This document shows positions 1-12,253 of a stretch of 64,000 nucleotides of DNA, in pieces (the first letter of the stretch is position 1; every line of letters begins with the position of its first letter). Under the pieces are notes generated by a model. It was not told the origin of the DNA. It did no database searches and saw only the letters and a program-made list of their open reading frames with translations. Both the position numbers and the translations under genes were made by a program. The stretch lies in the NCBI GenBank assembly GCA_052426225.1, contig JBNJNM010000008.1, positions 1,240,001 to 1,304,000 on the forward strand. The letters are read 5' to 3'. Source of the stretch: Zancudomyces culisetae HAW-14-8. Taxonomy: Eukaryota; Fungi; Kickxellomycota.

Positions 1-280
1 CCTGTAAACGGTAGGATCCAGGTTCAATGTTGTTTTAATAGTTGTTTATTGATAATTATATTTTTGCGAAAAAGACTAGATAAGGTTAATAAAAGTGGGA
101 AACGGACACTATTTATCCGTTTCCTTCGAAGATTTTAGGACTGAGTAATATAATAGTTTAAAAATATAATATAATGCTAGATAATAGTAACATAGAAACT
201 TAATTATAATAAAGGTTACCACATTGTGAAAAAAACCCTTTGTTAGGGATAAGCACAATGTTGTAAATCAGTACATCTTA
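1..280. repeat. Copy 1 of a diverged direct repeat with two conserved hairpins (5' end probably outside the window)
   Basis: Motif cctgtaaacggtagga (1-16) matches ccagtaagcggtagga (722-737). Hairpins at 98-124 and 216-266 have counterparts at similar spacing in copy 2. Confidence 0.6.
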
Positions 281-648
281 TTAAAATAAGATTTACTGAT
301 GTACTGTCATTGTAATATGACATTTGTTATAATAAGATTATTGTAATATATTTTTCTCTACTTTTTTAATATACTATACTATATTTGTTTTAACATTATA
401 AACTGTATACTTAATATTATTCTGATAGTTTGAGAAAAGAGTTGTCTTTATTTTTCTTGTTGTGGGAGGTCCTTTTGACCCCTAAAATTGTTCATACTAG
501 TCTGAAATAAATTATACCTATAAAATAACATCGGACAAAAACCACGAGGGGAAAAAGGTCCAATATAAAAATATTGTTAATTTATAATCCTAAACTAATA
601 ACTAATAATTAAATTTGTTCCTATCTTATTATTATATGACAATTTGTG

Positions 649-990
649 TGTCGGAATTTATTTTTTGTTTGTCGGACTTATCCGACTTTACTGCTTTCAC
701 TAGTATTTTGTTTATTTACTACCAGTAAGCGGTAGGACCTTAGTTCTTTTGTTAATATTGTTTTTATTATAATAAAGTGTATACTAAATACTAATCCGAA
801 AATAAGATGCTAAAAACATAGAAGAGAAAAAGCAGTGCTTAAATGCATTTTCCTCGTATATACTAAAATATTAAAATACTTTGAATAATATAAAAACCAT
901 CCGAAATTAATTAATATTTGGGAAATGATGATTTACGCATAGTGAAAAACCTCATAGGTGAAAAGCACTAGGTAAATCATAACATATAAC
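649..990. repeat. Copy 2 of the diverged hairpin-containing repeat; begins with a TGTCGGA LTR-like terminus
   Basis: tgtcgga at 649-655, shared motif at 722-737, hairpins at 824-855 and 928-980. The 3' end could not be defined. Confidence 0.55.
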
Positions 991-2479
991 TCGCTATTAC
1001 CCGAGTGAGACGCCCATCTATCGATCTTTGATGTGTCATTTTTGTTAGCAAAAACTCATATTCAGACGTTTTGTTTTATCAATTATTTCAAACTAAAATA
1101 ATAATTATACATGTACTATTTTTTCGAAGTTTTCACTATAATACTATAAGTTCCTGTGTAGAACCAACTAAATATATTGATATTTTTCCTTCTAGGTCTT
1201 TAATTCGATCTATTTATACAAAATTCAATATTTTGTAGTAATTGATTTATAATAATAATCTAGATTTAATCTTTCTAGCATAGTTATAGAATCAGATAGA
1301 GATAAAATAACCATACATGATCGCTACAATAAAATAAACATGTTTAATAGATTAGTATAAAGTAATCATTTATTACAATCATAAAAAATAACCATTACTA
1401 TATTTATTTAATGATAACATTCATGTATGTTTTCTCATAAACATTTTTGTTGGTCTTCTTTTTTTTAAAGAATTGTAATATTAATAAAAAAAGTTATTAA
1501 TTTCGACTATAATTATGTTTTATTAACCTTTTATTGATAACTTTTATTTTTTATTAATTTACTTTCGTTAATTATATCATTTCTGATGTTGAACAATCTA
1601 TTTAATATAACTCTAATATGAGAAAAACTACTAGTCAAATGTTTTTATCAAAAATTAAAATTACTGATCTACTAGAGATAATATTCACCACCAATATTGT
1701 GATCGTATTTTTATTACATCCCACATAAAAATGTGGTAACTAACCTATAAGTTTAAATACTTTATTTTTTACTAATCTTTAAAAATTAGTTTAACATTGT
1801 TTTAGTTTGTGTAATTGTTTTGTGGCTGTGCTAGCATTTTATACAATAGTATATTTCATTAAACGTATTGTAGGTTTTATCATTATAAGATGTTCAGATA
1901 CAAACATTAGTTATCTATTTCCCTCATGATTCGTAGTGATGATAATTTATTGGTGTTAATCTTGTCATTTTAATATTTACCTAATTTTACAATTGCTCGT
2001 CTAGCATTGGATTGATTTATTCTTGGTAATATTCGTTCAAATTAATAAAAGTGATACTTAATCCATTCACTCAATATAATCTTATACCACCTATATATAA
2101 TTAAACATAAAATATAAAAATATCGGAATAGTCGACTAACGAAACAATTGTCATGCAAGAAGAAAGCATTGGTAATCCCACTACATATAATACACTTTTA
2201 ATAAAATACATCATTACCAAAAGTCCTGCAATCTTTATAGAATGAATTTATTACCGACCCCAAAACGCCTAATTTTTGATTACAAATCCTATTTTGGTTG
2301 AGATGCACCCAATAATTTGAATATCAACATTTAAATCTCGCAATATGTATAAAAATAACTTTTATTACTAAATTAGTTAAATAGATACCACAAAAGCTGC
2401 AAAAAAATAACCATAAATACTACCTAACCAACTAATTCACATCAAACCCTCTAGATCTTGATACTAACCGGGTGTTAGT

Positions 2480-2670
2480 CCCAAGAGGTTGGCTCTATTC
2501 TTATGCTATCCAAGATATGCATCCTTATTTGACAAACTTTATACAAGAACCTAGCTGTTCTTTACTCAACCAAGGATAGTGCTTCGGCTTCTCATCAACT
2601 ACACTTTTCGCAGTTTCCTCGCATAATCTCTTCAGTTGACTCCTCCTCTCGGTCTTTTACTTGCTTTATT
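2480..2670 (-). mobile_element. Possible decayed gag-like remnant (degenerate Zn-knuckle)
   Basis: Locally GC-richer island. Minus-strand translation ...KEQLGSCIKFVK*GCISW weakly recalls a CxxC-GH knuckle; many stops. Confidence 0.2.
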
Positions 2671-2938
2671 CTTGAACACCGTTTTATATTTAAATGACGT
2701 TTATTTCTATACTTTCTCGTCTTATTAGAGATGCTAGTGAAGCTCTATATTTTTAAACTATTCAGAAATCTTGTTATTTTCAACTATAGTATTTTTAATT
2801 CAAGTTGATTATCTTTATAGTGATCATTTTATATATTTGCATATTACAATAAATGTCAACAGAATAAAAAAAGAAAATTGACACTAGTACCAAAATGTTA
2901 TATGATTAGTTAACTAAATACTATAGATTCACAACAGT

Positions 2939-3696
2939 CTATGATCTAGTATTTCTTGAAGCAGACCCGGTATTAATTTTTTTAGTGCTATTAGTTTGCT
3001 GAAGTACATTGTTGATTCCATAGATCATGTTACTATAAGTATTATTGGATGAAAGCTCATTAGTAATTTTGGAGAGACATTACGCAAAATAGTATTGGAT
3101 ATAAGTGCGTTAGTAGCGCTAGAAACCAAAATTTTCATGATATCACTGGATTTAATATCAGTTATAGCCTAGAATAAAATTACGCAAATTAGTTTTGGGA
3201 CCTAGCTCATACGCAATTTGAGCGACAAACTAGCTTATAGAACTGTCGAATCCAAGTTTATCAGTAATTTCGGAGACCAGGCTACCCAAAGTGGCATTCG
3301 ATGGTCCTGCATTTGAAATTCCATAAACCAAGTTTTAATGAAATCACTTGATCCAAGACCGTTAGTAACTCCAGAAAGCAAGTTTCTCAAAGAATTGTTT
3401 GATCCAGGCCCACTGGTTACTCCAGGAATCAAATTTCCCAAAGCATTGTTTGGTTCAAGTAGATTAGTAATTCCGGACACAAGGTTGTTTACTACATTGC
3501 CGATTCCAAGATCTCCTGGTAAATCACTCAAAATTCCATGATCGTTAAGTTCAGTTGCTCTACTTTTTTGATTCATTGAACGATGAAGACTATATGAAGA
3601 TCTTTCCACAACTGATGCTCCAAGATGATAGTGGTGATATGAATTGGGAGCGGAATATGGATAATGACCTAAGCATGCTCCCATATATGGATTCAT
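2939..3696 (-). pseudogene. Decayed gene for a 17-aa (51-bp) tandem-repeat protein
   Basis: ORF 3696-3235 has units NNLVSGITNLLEPNNAL / GNLIPGVTSGPGSNNSL / RNLLSGVTNGLGSSDFI. The periodicity continues in other frames through three frameshifts and one TAG to a stop at 2939-2941. GTATATAA box about 90 bp upstream. Confidence 0.7.
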
Positions 3697-5626
3697 AACT
3701 GGTACGGAAACTGGAAATGCAATTTTGTTGATGGTTTTTGTGAGAATGCTGTTTTTTTTGTTGTTTTTAAGTATGCCATGGTTTATATACTTTTTTTAAA
3801 CCACTTCTATAAACTGATGATAAACCTGGACTAGTTTATCAGAGATGTAGAATACAAACTATTCTATTTTTACATCTATTTTTATTTTAGGAATACTTTG
3901 TACATAAACTACACAAGTTATTTGTATTAATATGAGCAGAACAAGTCGATTTTTGTTTTTTTACTGATTAATGTTTTACTAATTTTGCCAACTATTACTA
4001 ATACTGATAGACCTACCCAACACAATTATAAAAAAACTCGTACTCTTTTCATTCATTGTGATTTATTTGTCTCACTCCCTCCTTGTACACACACTAATAT
4101 ATGCTTAAGTAAGTCCAAAAAGTGGATCGCTAAACCATGCAATGCAATCACCATGTTCATAAATGATATTATTTTATTTTTGGCACAAAAAATATCATTA
4201 AATTGGTACATAATCAGGATTAGAACTATAAAATCACTTTTGTATACTAACACAAGATCAATTATAGTTTACAAATCATGTTGTAACCAGAGGTAGTAAT
4301 CTAGGATAAATATAATAATTCGATATTGATAATTCAAAAACTGGACAAAGAATTGAAATAAACGAAAAAAGGATGATAGCAGTTTAAATTATAGAGTTGA
4401 GAATAGAAAATATAGAAAATGATGTTAAAATAAAGGCTGCAATGCAACAATAGTTACTATTACCACATGTATATAACGAGATAAGGTTATTATATCCACC
4501 CACCATTTCCCAACAACTTGTGATCATTTTTAACGGTTATTATTAAATAATTGATTAACGTTTAAGAAGTAATAATTGCCATACAAATCAACATATCAGG
4601 TTGTAATTTTAATGAATATCAGTATTTTCCTTGATTAATTTTGTATTTTCAATAATTAAAAGATTTGAACATTTCAGATAACCATAACCACATTATTAAT
4701 AAGCCATTTAATCAAAAAAATAGGCACGCTAACAATAACCCATTGTGTTAGTTAGGGGATGTATCCTTACATCCACCCCCACAAATGAACAAACTTAATC
4801 AAACGTGATTGTATTGAATTTTATACATTTCATCGTTCCGGTTTGTAAGAAAAAACTGAAAATATCTAAACTATAACTGCTTTATGGGTATGATAAAACA
4901 TGGTATATTTAGTGAAACAAACTCTAGAAATATAGTGTATAAGCCATGTATAGACATTTGTTTGTTTTTTCTTTTTTCTAGTTTATTCTAAGGTTTCTTT
5001 TACCTAACAAAGCTTTTTTTTTTATTTCCGACGAATATCATCATCTTTTAGGATTGTTTATTTCAAACATTGATTTTTGATATCAATCTACTTTGCGGGA
5101 TTTATACATTGTTCGGTTTGATTTTTAATTATAATCAAGCTACATAATGCAAAATAAACTTTGAAATAGTCAAGATTCATTGTGTAAAAAATGCTAGATT
5201 AAATAAATCTGCAAAGCCATCACTTTCTCAGTTCTTTTTTACCCACTATATTGAACTTTTATGTTAAAAAAAGCGAAAAACAGTTATATAATATTTGAGT
5301 AGAGCAAGCATACTAACGATATTAAAAATCGATTATTAAGGCAAAATCCACATTATTAAGTGACAACCTCGATAGCCATCTAACTGGGTTACATCCTTTT
5401 TCGAATATGAATGCTTTTATGCCATTAAATCCTTAATATCAAACACGTAGTAATGGTTACTCTAAAATTAAGAATAATATACACCACAATTAGACCATGT
5501 TTACCATTAAAGTAGAATTCTATGATATAATAACGGCTTTATTAGTTTTTTTGAAGATCTAGTTTTTTATTTAGATAATTGAATAGCATAGATTGTACTT
5601 AAAAAACTAGCAGTAAGAAACTAGTA

Positions 5627-5850
5627 TATCGGTAATCGACTACCTCGTCTCTATAGAAAATTCATACTTGCCAGATATTAATCCAAAAACATCATTTCTC
5701 CGCTGCGTCAATCTCGGATGATTTATTGTTTCGGTAGACTTTATTCAAACATCTCACGACTCTACAGTTCAGTCAGATTTATCATACTGACCTTCTCTCT
5801 TACGTGTCGAATAAAGGTTTTTTCATACCATTTATGTTTTTCTGAAGCTT
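5627..5850 (-). mobile_element. Possible distant, decayed relative of the LTR-ORF element 3' end
   Basis: Minus strand reads REGQYDKSD*TVES*DV (compare KDEGRYSSDSDRSE..DIE) and ends ...accgata, like copy A (tccgata). Confidence 0.3.
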
Positions 5851-5944
5851 ATAACTTTTAATCGAAGACTAAACGAAGATAGATATACCTCTCAAAGATC
5901 AGAATGTTATCTAAACTTTTGCATGAAATAATAAATTCTGTATC

Positions 5945-6170
5945 AATTGATATTGTTCTGCACTTTTGAGCACTTACTGACATTCCAAATTTTTCAGTTC
6001 AATTACCTATAATATTTAAAGGTAATCTCTTGTCCTCTGGTGTTTCAGCTAACATCACCAAGTTATCTGCAAAGCGTAAACCTGGTGCTGTTGCATCTAT
6101 TATCTCACTAAATATATCGCTGATGTATACATCGAATAGGAATGGTGGCAATGAACAACCCTATCTATAC
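5945..6170 (-). mobile_element. Non-LTR (LINE) reverse transcriptase remnant
   Basis: Minus-strand translation R*GCSLPPFLFDVYISDIF...PGLRFADNLVMLAE...N*TEKFGMSVSAQKC matches RT motifs RQGCxLSPxLF, (Y/F)ADD and GLxxNxxK, with stops. Confidence 0.8.
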
Positions 6171-6612
6171 CTTGTCAAAAGGTACTGTTGTAAACAAAAT
6201 AAATCAATCAAGCTCTATTTTTGTTCCCCGAAAGATGTGTCCTTCAATTATTCAAAAAATTGAACATTTGGCTTTAATTATGTTGTTCTTGTGGTATATT
6301 TTTGTGTTTTTTCATAATCCTTAATGTATATCACTATCCTATCTTTGTTTAATTATTCTGATTTAAACTAATGTTGTGATGAATGATAACTACCGTGTAC
6401 TTGCTATAATCAGAAAGAAATATATCAACAGTTTGTACTAAGATTGTTTATAAATTGGATATTTGTTTGAAGTTTATCATTTTCGTTACTAGGTAAAAAG
6501 GATTTATCATAAAAGTAGTAGGGATTTTAAAAAGAATACTTGTAATAAATAGTACGTAAAACTAAAGATATAGATAAAGCGTTAATCTAATGTCATCATT
6601 ATTATCCTATAT

Positions 6613-7686
6613 TCAATATAGAAGTGTCGATGTCAAAAGGGAGACTGCGAGTAAGAGGGGTGTAACTGACTTTGAAAGAAAACCAGCTGAGCTGGAGGTG
6701 GAGCTGGAAGTGTTTTGTGAATCGGCAGAATCACCGGAAGATGCTGATTGTTTTTCATCTACAAGATCTGATTTACTAATTCCTGTAGTATCCACAATCC
6801 AATCAACATAGCTGCTTAGGCGAGAAAAATAATTTGTTGAACCATCACTACCGGGCTTAACGGTTGTAGAACCACGAGTAGAGCCTAGTCCATAGAACAA
6901 ACCAACTAGCAAGTTAGATCCATTGTCTGTATACACCAGTGGTCCTCCAGTATCACCAGCGTACGCACTTTTACCGCCTGAAACAACAGTACAAATAAGA
7001 TTTCCGTCGTTACCCGTCCATAACCCGCCTAGCACCTCGCAATCTTTTGAAGAAGAGGGTGACACAGTAACTTTATTTAAAGTGTCGGAGAGTTTAGTTG
7101 TTACACTAAGCGAAGTTGAACCCCAACCCACTGTAGTCAATGACATTTTATTTGTAACCTTTCCGTTGTAGATCTTTGCTGGTGTTGCAACTTCTTTTGG
7201 TACTGGTTCCGAAAGCTCAATCAAGCCTATACTAGTCACCCCTTTTGATGTTGATGAACTAGAATAGTCTGGGTGAGCATAATATTTCTTTACATTGTAT
7301 GACTGTACATCTGCTTTTAAACTGTTTAAATCTGTGCCAAATGTAACCGAAATATCGCTGGTCATAGCTCTCATTTTTAAAGTTTGCTCATAGAAACAAT
7401 CGCTCAGAGTCACTACAAACTTATCTGAAATTAGTGAACCCGTACAGAAGTTACCTGAAGTTGAAAACATTATCACGACACCACCCATATATGGGAACTC
7501 TTCGATCTTTGCTGGCTGCCCACCTAAAATTCGTGCATTGTTTTGGGAATCCGCAGTACTATTGCTCAAATTTTTGGTGATAAGACCCGAGTTGCAGACC
7601 GCAGCAGCAGACGCTGGGTTCAGGTTGGAAAAGGCTAGTGTTGTCACTATAGCTTTTAAAGCTGATTGTTTGATAGAGAAAATCAT
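6613..7686 (-). CDS. Secreted, probably GPI-anchored trypsin-like (S1) serine protease homolog, catalytically dead
   Basis: Signal peptide; R-ILGG activation site; CTGSLIS..VVTLSDC, SIGLIEL and GDTGGPL motifs; Ser-rich linker and hydrophobic C-terminus. Confidence 0.92.
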   Translation of the reverse strand: MIFSIKQSALKAIVTTLAFSNLNPASAAAVCNSGLITKNLSNSTADSQNNARILGGQPAKIEEFPYMGGVVIMFSTSGNFCTGSLISDKFVVTLSDCFYEQTLKMRAMTSDISVTFGTDLNSLKADVQSYNVKKYYAHPDYSSSSTSKGVTSIGLIELSEPVPKEVATPAKIYNGKVTNKMSLTTVGWGSTSLSVTTKLSDTLNKVTVSPSSSKDCEVLGGLWTGNDGNLICTVVSGGKSAYAGDTGGPLVYTDNGSNLLVGLFYGLGSTRGSTTVKPGSDGSTNYFSRLSSYVDWIVDTTGISKSDLVDEKQSASSGDSADSQNTSSSTSSSAGFLSKSVTPLLLAVSLLTSTLLY

Positions 7687-10124
7687 TTTAGTAATCCGTC
7701 TTTTTATTAATTAGTTGTAAGGTATACGATATTATAGGGATAAAAGGATAATTAAGATGGGGTTTATGTCTTGGAATTCTAACAACACCCTTATATACAT
7801 ATCCAAGGCAAAATGTTTTTATTTCAATCTCACTTTATCTTGTTGATACTTATTGGTTTTAGTGTTCTATGGAATTGATTTGGTATTGTTTTTGATTTGA
7901 TTTTGGTTAATGTTTATTAGATTATTGATTTGAATTTAGTGTAACAACTTTTGTTTGCCTTTATTGGATTTCCTAAGCTTTCTAGCATTTGAAACTTTTT
8001 TTTGGTGACTAAATATATTTAATATGTATTTTTGACCTAGTAATTGATGCGCAGCATCGAACGATTTAACTGAAATAGCAAAAAAAAGTAGATACATAAC
8101 AAGTAGATTACATAACCAAGAAACTTGTAATGCCAATTATTGAGTGACCAACAAATTAATAACAAAATTAAACCTGTAAAAAAGCTTGATGAAATCAATA
8201 AAAAGTCAGTCACACCTATTAAGATTTTTCACCTATTAAAATTATCGAAAAGTGATAATTCCATCTTTTATTTTTTGTATTTTTTCTGGAAGCGGTGATT
8301 TGGTACACAAAGATTGCATACTCAAAAGAGAAATAGATAGATGGTAAATGAGCTCGATTGGTATCATATCCATTCGGAGCCTAACCAAATTGAAAGTGAT
8401 AGTATATTGGTAAAATGCGCTTTTCCTGTAAATATAACCATAGAAGAGCCATAAGCATTGGTTGAGTGTAGAATATGAAAAATAGTAACATGAACTCAAA
8501 AAGACTTGGACGAATTCCTTTATCGACATTACTCAGCTTTGTAACATTTAGCTTCAGCTTTTACTTTTGCACTTTCTTTGGTTACAGAAAGGGGTATATC
8601 CTACCATTAATCAACAGTTTCAGCATAGTCAACGCATCAGTTGTTCTGTTCAAAAGACCCTTGCTTTCATTAGCTTCTGGATAGTTAGATCAATAAGTTT
8701 ATTTTCACATAAACCTAAAAATGATGATCACCTGTTGTTTTCCAACAATAAGCGTTTGTTCAGATCAGTTCTTAATTGATATGCTATTTCTATTAAGCCA
8801 AGGAACCCAAGAGCCATTCACACAAAAATTCACTAGCACCAATCTTTCAGTTCTGGGCGTGACAAGTTAAGAACAAGTTTAAATATTTGCTGGATACTTG
8901 AAACTAGAAAGAGAATTGCAAGAGTTGAAACCATCCAAGAAATACTAAACAGCTACGTCTTGTTTAGTATTTGTGCTAGTATACCACATAGTCTAGTTGA
9001 TTCATACACGCTACTACGAAGTATTGACTTGATTATCATGTCAAAACAAACATATGATAAGCAAAAAATAATGTAATAAACTATACAGATATAATAAATT
9101 AAGCCCAAGGTCTATAAACACTGTAGAATGGTTGAAGAGGATTTGAAAGGAAAAAAAACATGACAAAAATGAATATTGAGGACATGTCTATAGAAATATT
9201 ACACTTGCACGACGAACTTATTAAATAACCACCAATATAGAAGCGATAAAGTAACATACATGATTATCCAATCACTCTCTTTTTGTCTTTCTAAGAACTC
9301 CATACTTACCAGCTGTTGGTTCAATCAACGCCTAGATTTCGATTTTAATTAATTCCTATATAATTTCTAGGAAATAAATTAAATTCACTATATACCTAAA
9401 CTTTTGATATGTGGCAGCAACGAAGTTTAACGAACTTGATCACCGAAATTCTGGCTTTTTCTTATTATCAAAAGTGTTCTTGATTTTTTTAGTTGATCAT
9501 AATATACCCAGTAAACTTTTATTAACAAAAGTTAAATTGGCTAGTTCATTGTCCATTTCAAAATTAATATATTTCTTGATCTACAAATTCGCTGTTCCAA
9601 TATAATTGCTACAAGCGAATGGATACAACTCTGGTAAATGGAATTACAACTATTATCTTCTAAAACCACTATTTACACTATAAACAGAGTTTGTCTCACC
9701 CTATTTTTTATTCTCTGCCAGCGAAATTTCAGATAGTGCTTCTCCAATACACAAAATTGATAAACGCAGATCTATTCAACTACACCAGCTTCAAATAAAA
9801 ACCAGGTCAAGAGCAGAATAACTTTAAATTACCCTCGAAATAAAAAAATGTACAATTGCTAGAATTTAAAAGTGAGTAAATTCAAATAAGCTAGATGGTT
9901 GAATGTATATTTAACATAATATTATTGCAAGAAACTGGTGTACTCCAAGATACCTAAGTGCTATTGTACTATTCTAGACCACAATATTGATGTACAAAGC
10001 CTCCTCCAACAAATAATTTACTAATGTATTACAACGTATACAAAATATTGAGTGGTATTCACATTATCTTGTGTATTAGCCTATTAATAATGTGAATTGT
10101 GAGACTATTGTGCCTTTATCAAAA

Positions 10125-10132
10125 GTATATAA
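10125..10132 (+). promoter_or_regulatory. TATA box (GTATATAA) of the secreted gene
   Basis: About 105 bp upstream of ATG 10237. The same octamer lies upstream of the genes at 3696, 7686 and 18823. Confidence 0.6.
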
Positions 10133-10236
10133 GGTAAGGTTTTTACCACATAATTTAAACAAAACACAACATCGTTTCAACAGGAAATAAAACAAATAGT
10201 CCAAAAACAAACCAACAGAAACCACAAATAGCCAAA

Positions 10237-10764
10237 ATGTTCAAATCAGTATTAGTCAGTGCCTTGCTCCTAGGTTCAACCATGGCCAGTGCAGTAAAAC
10301 TAAACAATGCCCAGCAGGAATACAACAATGAACTTGCCGATTCCGAATACAACAACGATCTTGCTAATGCTGAATACAACAATGACCTAGCCGATTCTGA
10401 ATACAATAACGATATGTCTGGTTGTGAATTCAATGATATGCGTGGTCGTAGCCGTGGTGGGCGCAAGGCCAAGAGAACAAGTGTTAGATTGTACAAGGCT
10501 GCTAACTTTGGCCAAAAAATCAGCAAGCGCAGCGTCAGACGCGGAAAGTGCTACAACACCGATGAATTCGCATCAATCAAGCTTGGAAAGAAGAGTGGAT
10601 TGGCCAAGCCAGGAAAGGGTGTTATTGTGGTCTGTGCTGGAAAGGATTGTACTGGAAAATGTCAAATCGTCCGCAGATCATCATCCAAGACCATTGCCAA
10701 TGTAGCTGATGTTCTTGGAGGAAACGCAGTTTCATTTGCTTGGCTAAAGGTCAAGAGAACCTAA
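10237..10764 (+). CDS. Small secreted precursor: acidic 9-aa-repeat propeptide plus cationic Cys4 beta/gamma-crystallin-like domain
   Basis: Signal peptide MFKSVLVSALLLGSTMASA; EYNN(E/D)LA(DS/NA) repeats; KR site; LYKAANFG, KCY and CAGKDCTGKC motifs; paralog at 18395-18823. Confidence 0.88.
   Translation: MFKSVLVSALLLGSTMASAVKLNNAQQEYNNELADSEYNNDLANAEYNNDLADSEYNNDMSGCEFNDMRGRSRGGRKAKRTSVRLYKAANFGQKISKRSVRRGKCYNTDEFASIKLGKKSGLAKPGKGVIVVCAGKDCTGKCQIVRRSSSKTIANVADVLGGNAVSFAWLKVKRT
10318..10440 (+). repeat. 27-bp coding tandem repeat (about 4.5 units)
   Basis: gaatacaacaatgaacttgccgattcc / gaatacaacaacgatcttgctaatgct / gaatacaacaatgacctagccgattct / gaatacaataacgatatgtctggttgt / gaattcaatgatatg. 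Confidence 0.9.
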
Positions 10765-12253
10765 TTTCTAGGTTTTAGATTTTCATCCTATTAAATAGAA
10801 TATTAACTGCATAGACTTTTATTTCAACTTTCATTCTTTTAAAAAACATGAATAGGTAATTTTAAAATAAAATCATTTTAATAATCAACTGTGATCAGTA
10901 TATATTCAAAAAAAGTTCAAAGTAAATAAAACGGATATGCTACCCATTCAAAGAAAAATAACTAGAAAAAAGCACTTAGGCTAATACTTTTTAGATATTA
11001 TTTAGAATAGACCTGTGATAATTTATCTCCGCAGTTAACGTAAATATCATAGAAAGAAGGTCTGGTCGTTAACCCTGGGATATGTTGAGTATATCCATAC
11101 AAGGGATAAAAAAATTCAGTAACAATTCTTGTGCTAACATCTTTAATAAACAGGTCAAAATCAGATGATACGTTCTAATTTTTGAATCAAATGAGAGTTA
11201 GTATTGAGTCTTAACTATACGAGTAGATAGTTGACTGCTGTTGAGCTGGTACTCTTAAATATCTTGTTTCTGACATGCTAATTCTTGGTAAGTGTTAATG
11301 AATGGAAAAGACACAGTAGACGAGTTTAGCAAAGACAAGTGCTTATTCTTTGAGGATTTTGAGTAAGGGTGGAGTCTGAATGAGTTATTGTGTTGGTATT
11401 AAGGAAGTTGTCGGTTTTTACTGAATTTGTTTAATTTGTAGTCTGACACAAATAACACAAGTTATTCAGGAACCGCAACATAGTATAAAGCCTACCACCG
11501 GCTATTTAATAGTTCCATCATATTTAATATTTCTAAATGTATTTACATGTAAAGTAGTTGATGTTCAAGATCCAATTACCAGATTAATATGGGCAAAAAA
11601 AAACGAGTTTTTGGATCCAGTTTGACCTTAGTGAGCAACTTTATAGAACGTAAAAAAGTTGTCAAAAGAGTATTATCTATCTCAAAAATATCTACACAAG
11701 TCAATGGCACAAACTTTGTTTTACAACTTTGCAATATGGTGCAAATCACTGTATACTAGATCCCTGGGTTTACCAATTGCTTCAGTCAAGCTAAATTGCG
11801 TTGAATGGATCCTTAATTTTTATTTCTACCAATCTATGTCTATTCTAAAGTCGAGTTTCATAAAGAATCTAGTATACAAAAAAATTAAACTTTGAATATT
11901 TAGGTACAGGCTGATAACCGCTTTATTGAACAACTTGTGGTTTAAGAGTCATAATAACCATTAGATAAAAGATATGATATTTTGTTTATTCATTTATTCC
12001 AGAAATAGATTAATCAAAAAAAATATAAAGAGTGACTAAAGATATGAAAGTATTGAATAAAACGAAAACACTTATAATTCTATTATTCAGGTACAAGATA
12101 AACTGTCAACTTCAAATTACCCATCTCAGTCAATACTAAATAGTCAATAATATATAAATATCTATAAATATAAATTCGATTAGCTAATATTGGAGAGTAA
12201 TAACCATATGTAAAACATTTGGATAAATTTCATTTAAATCTAACATACAGTAG

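Noticed and set aside
8242-9000. Possible decayed membrane-protein gene on the minus strand
   Set aside because: Many stops and no family motif I can name.
9302-9312. ATACTTACC resembling the U1 snRNA 5' end
   Set aside because: Not followed by TGG, U1 stem-loops or an Sm site.
10318-10440. Regularly spaced repeats as a CRISPR-like array
   Set aside because: In-frame coding tandem repeats without unique spacers, in a eukaryotic gene.
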